From: Octopus sinensis
Taxonomy: Eukaryota
DNA: 64,000 nt
Assembly (NCBI RefSeq): GCF_006345805.1
Contig: NC_043010.1
Coordinates: 38,192,001 to 38,256,000, forward strand
Direction of reading: 5' to 3'
The position numbers were made by a program, and so were the translations under genes. This document shows, in pieces, positions 60,969 to 64,000 of this stretch. Numbering within the stretch: the stretch's first letter is position 1; every line of letters starts with the position of its first letter. The notes under the pieces were generated by a model. That model was given only the letters and a program-made list of their open reading frames with translations. It was not told the DNA's origin and searched no databases.

Positions 60969-63250
60969 TATCTAAAAGCACACACCTTGATCTAATTTGA
61001 ATTACCACCACTCCTTTTGCCACCCAAAATTTCCTTTAAATCCCACTGTACTCTCTTTAAAAAGGAATATATTTCACTTTTAACTTCCTGCATGACAAAG
61101 TACCACACACAACTGCAATGGTCAGCCAATAGTGAAACGCATGATATTACAAGAATTGTACTAACGTTGCTTACATTTGGTTCAAAGGAAATGAAGGAAA
61201 ATTTGATCTAATGTAAGGGAGATAATTCTAATTTCTTCTGTCAATTTCCGATTTGTAATGGAATCGTTAAAAGATTGGGCTTTCCAACAGAATGTTAAGA
61301 GTTAAGGCTACATTGCATACTGGATTATGTAGTATTAGGTACATCCTGCCTAATGACAAGAATAAGACAGGACAGTCATGGCTGGAACACTTTTCAACAT
61401 CATCTTGTTCTCCCTCAGAGTGTTCCTGTATTTAACAACAAAACTCATCTATTTCATGCTATCAGGAAAAGCAGGATTAAAAATATGATAATGGTGACAT
61501 ATGTCTGTATGCAGCATAGAAACTGGACGTTAAATGATGATGTTCAGTTTATCAACAATACAGCTAAATCAGCTTTCAACAAATTCCTTGCCATCCAGCA
61601 AACACAAAGTAAATACTGATATAGGTTTTTACGAAGGGCAATGTAACAACCAAATCTCCTTACCAAACCACTACACACCTTCTACAAACTAACCTGCCAT
61701 CTTTAGTCTAAGGGCTACAAAAGCTGTTTAAACAGATACTATGGCCATATTGTGCTGAAAGTACTGGTTCTCATTTGGTCAACCTAGTTAGTACTTAAAC
61801 TGGTGGTCACTTGCAAAACTTAGATGCTCTAAGTGCAACTCTTAGTTTAACTGTGTGTATATCAGTCCTTACTGTAGGTATTTTGGTTACCATGTGTATT
61901 TCCATTTTGAAATAGATGTACCACATCCCTGTCATAATGCCATAAGAACCAACTGAAAGCATTAACATGAAGGATGGGTGTCCAACCACAAAAGTGGACG
62001 TAAAAAGATAATGTATATGCAAACAAATTTCTCTTCAACGAACTTTTGACAATCTTTAAAACAGGGGCCATAAAAAAACTGTTAAATTACAGAGTGAAAG
62101 CCTGCAACAAATTTCTGAGAAAATTTAAAAGGGCCACTAAAGCTACATAGGCAGCTGCTATATAAGCAGTTGAAATCCCTATTGTCTTATAAAAAATAAG
62201 GACCAAATAAAACTGTGAGGTAGTTTCTATATAGTTGTATAAATTTTAGACATAGCACTTTATTCTCTCTCAAGGTACTCCCATCTTTTAAATACTAGTT
62301 GTTAAATCATAAATTTTTTTTGAAAGCCTGCCCTCATACATAGCTTTTGTTATGAGCTCAAGGAGGCAGAAGGCTGGAGATTAACCCAGTTTTTATAGCA
62401 CACCAGTGACTGAGATTACAAAACTCATCAGTGAATGAGATGTCAGTCTGTCACTGGGTTAACTTCCCAGGAATTGCTGAAACTCATTTACAACAGAATG
62501 GACTGGAGCAATGTGAGAACAATTAAGGGTTTTGTTTAAGAACACAAATGTACTGCCTGGTCTGAGAATCAAAATCATGATCTTATGATGGGATGTCATG
62601 ATCTTATGATGGGATGGGATGATCTTATGATGATATGGACAACCTGAATATCCAGAACACTGATCTGACAGATTTAATAAATGATATCAAACTGGTTATG
62701 TTACAGGTCTCTAATCCTCACCCAAAACTTAACACAAGTAGCTGCAGTGTGTGTGTGACATTCAATGACTTAGCCAAAATATCATACAAATATTCTCCTC
62801 TTCAGCAACAACAACAACTAAAAACAAAAATAGATATTAAACAAAACAAACATGAACAGCAGAGTTAACATGATAATGGTAGGTTTCAGGCAGTTTTAAA
62901 ATGGCTTCATCTCAAGTATAGCTTCACTTTCTAAATATCTCTGACTACCATGGCATCTGACATTATCAAAGATCATACAATATGGCACTTCAGATAAGCA
63001 TAAACATAAAAATAACAGAAACAAATCATAAAAAAAGGAAACAAAAATTTACAAATGAGTTCTCAACAAAGTTCTATCCTAAACTACCATGTAATGTTCT
63101 TGCCCACTTTTAGCAAATATTCTTATACAAGGGTCTCACAGCTTTTTCTCTCATTTTCTTCTTGTTTTTATTATTAACTGCATGGCCAATTTTAAAAGAT
63201 TTTGGAGGGATTCAAAGACAACTATAGTCTTTTCACAACCAACCCTAATA

Positions 63251-64000
63251 TTGGGTTGGCAACTAAGTTCCCACTGTTTTTTTTAATTTTGGAATTTATT
63301 GTGTTTTTAAATTTTGGAATCTATTTTTTCAAGAATTCTATTTTTGAATCTATTTTGTTTTGTTTTGTTTTTTCTAGTTAATTTTAGTTAATTTTTGTTT
63401 ATTTTCAGATTATTAAAATGGAATGTCAAGTTAAGAAAAACGAGCATTTTCAACACCTCCTCCTTTTTGCTTTTAATCAAGGTTCTAAGGCCGCAAAAGC
63501 TGCTCACGATATTTATGCTGTGTATAGAGCGGGTGTTATAGCTGAAAGAACCACTTGTGATTGGTATGCCAAGTTCAAAAATGGGAATTTTGACCTCAAA
63601 GATGCACCTCATTCTGGCTGTCCAGTTGTGTTCGATGAAGAGTGATTAAACCAACTTTTGCACGAAAATTCTCGTCAAACAACAAGGGAACTGGCAGGGA
63701 AAATGGAATGCTCCACACTGCTATAGTGAAGCATCTTCACTCAATGGCAAAGGTTCAGAAGTATGGAGCATGGGTTCCACATGCTTTAAGTGACAACAAC
63801 AAAAATCAATGAGCAACAATCTCTGCTGGTTTGCTTGCTCATCACTGTTCAACGCATGGACACAAGCAACGATTTGATGAAGCAACGATTTGATGAAAAA
63901 TGGTACCTGTACATCAATATGAAGCAGCATAAGGAATGGCTTAGCCCCGGTAAACAAGCAACACCACGCGTGAAACATGATGTTCATTCGCGTAAAACGA
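63251..64000 (+). mobile_element. mariner transposon (DD34D-type), decayed, runs off the window
   Basis: TA|TTGGGTTGGCAACTAAG TIR; MECQVKKNEHFQHLLLFAFNQG...WYAKFKNGNFDLKDAP, then GAWVPHALSD and DEKW. Confidence 0.9.

Noticed and set aside
60970-63240. Non-repetitive stretch with 64-88 aa ORFs as possible host exons
   Set aside because: No recognisable protein motif or convincing paired splice signals; needs RNA-seq

Overview
Animal genomic DNA, very AT-rich and saturated with microsatellites. The tRNA-headed SINE families resemble those I associate with octopus; the species call is an inference. I see no supportable host protein-coding gene: nearly all short ORFs in the track are translations of (AC/GT/AT/ATT/GGT)n repeats or transposon relics. 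Content: dozens of copies of four tRNA-derived SINE families (my labels A-D), Tc1/mariner, pogo-like and hAT MITEs, a maT/DD37D-type transposase relic, a FLYWCH-MULE relic, an AcademX-like (transposase + XPG + Cys-rich) relic, R4/Dong-like LINE pieces in (TAA)n, and a Penelope-like (PLE) GIY-YIG relic with a hammerhead ribozyme. Two systems stand out. (1) At 24455-26525 is a tandem, then inverted, array of a ~470-bp non-coding monomer, each copy carrying a type I hammerhead ribozyme motif, i.e. a retrozyme/pLTR-like candidate circular-RNA element. (2) At 47861-60812 is a 13-kb head-to-tail array of Tx1/L1-clade LINEs sitting inside a SINE-B copy at the GGTATTTC site. A SINE-B subfamily (B') shares this LINE's 3' tail and is repeatedly joined to that same site in other SINE-B copies, suggesting a SINE-targeting LINE with a self-targeting SINE partner.
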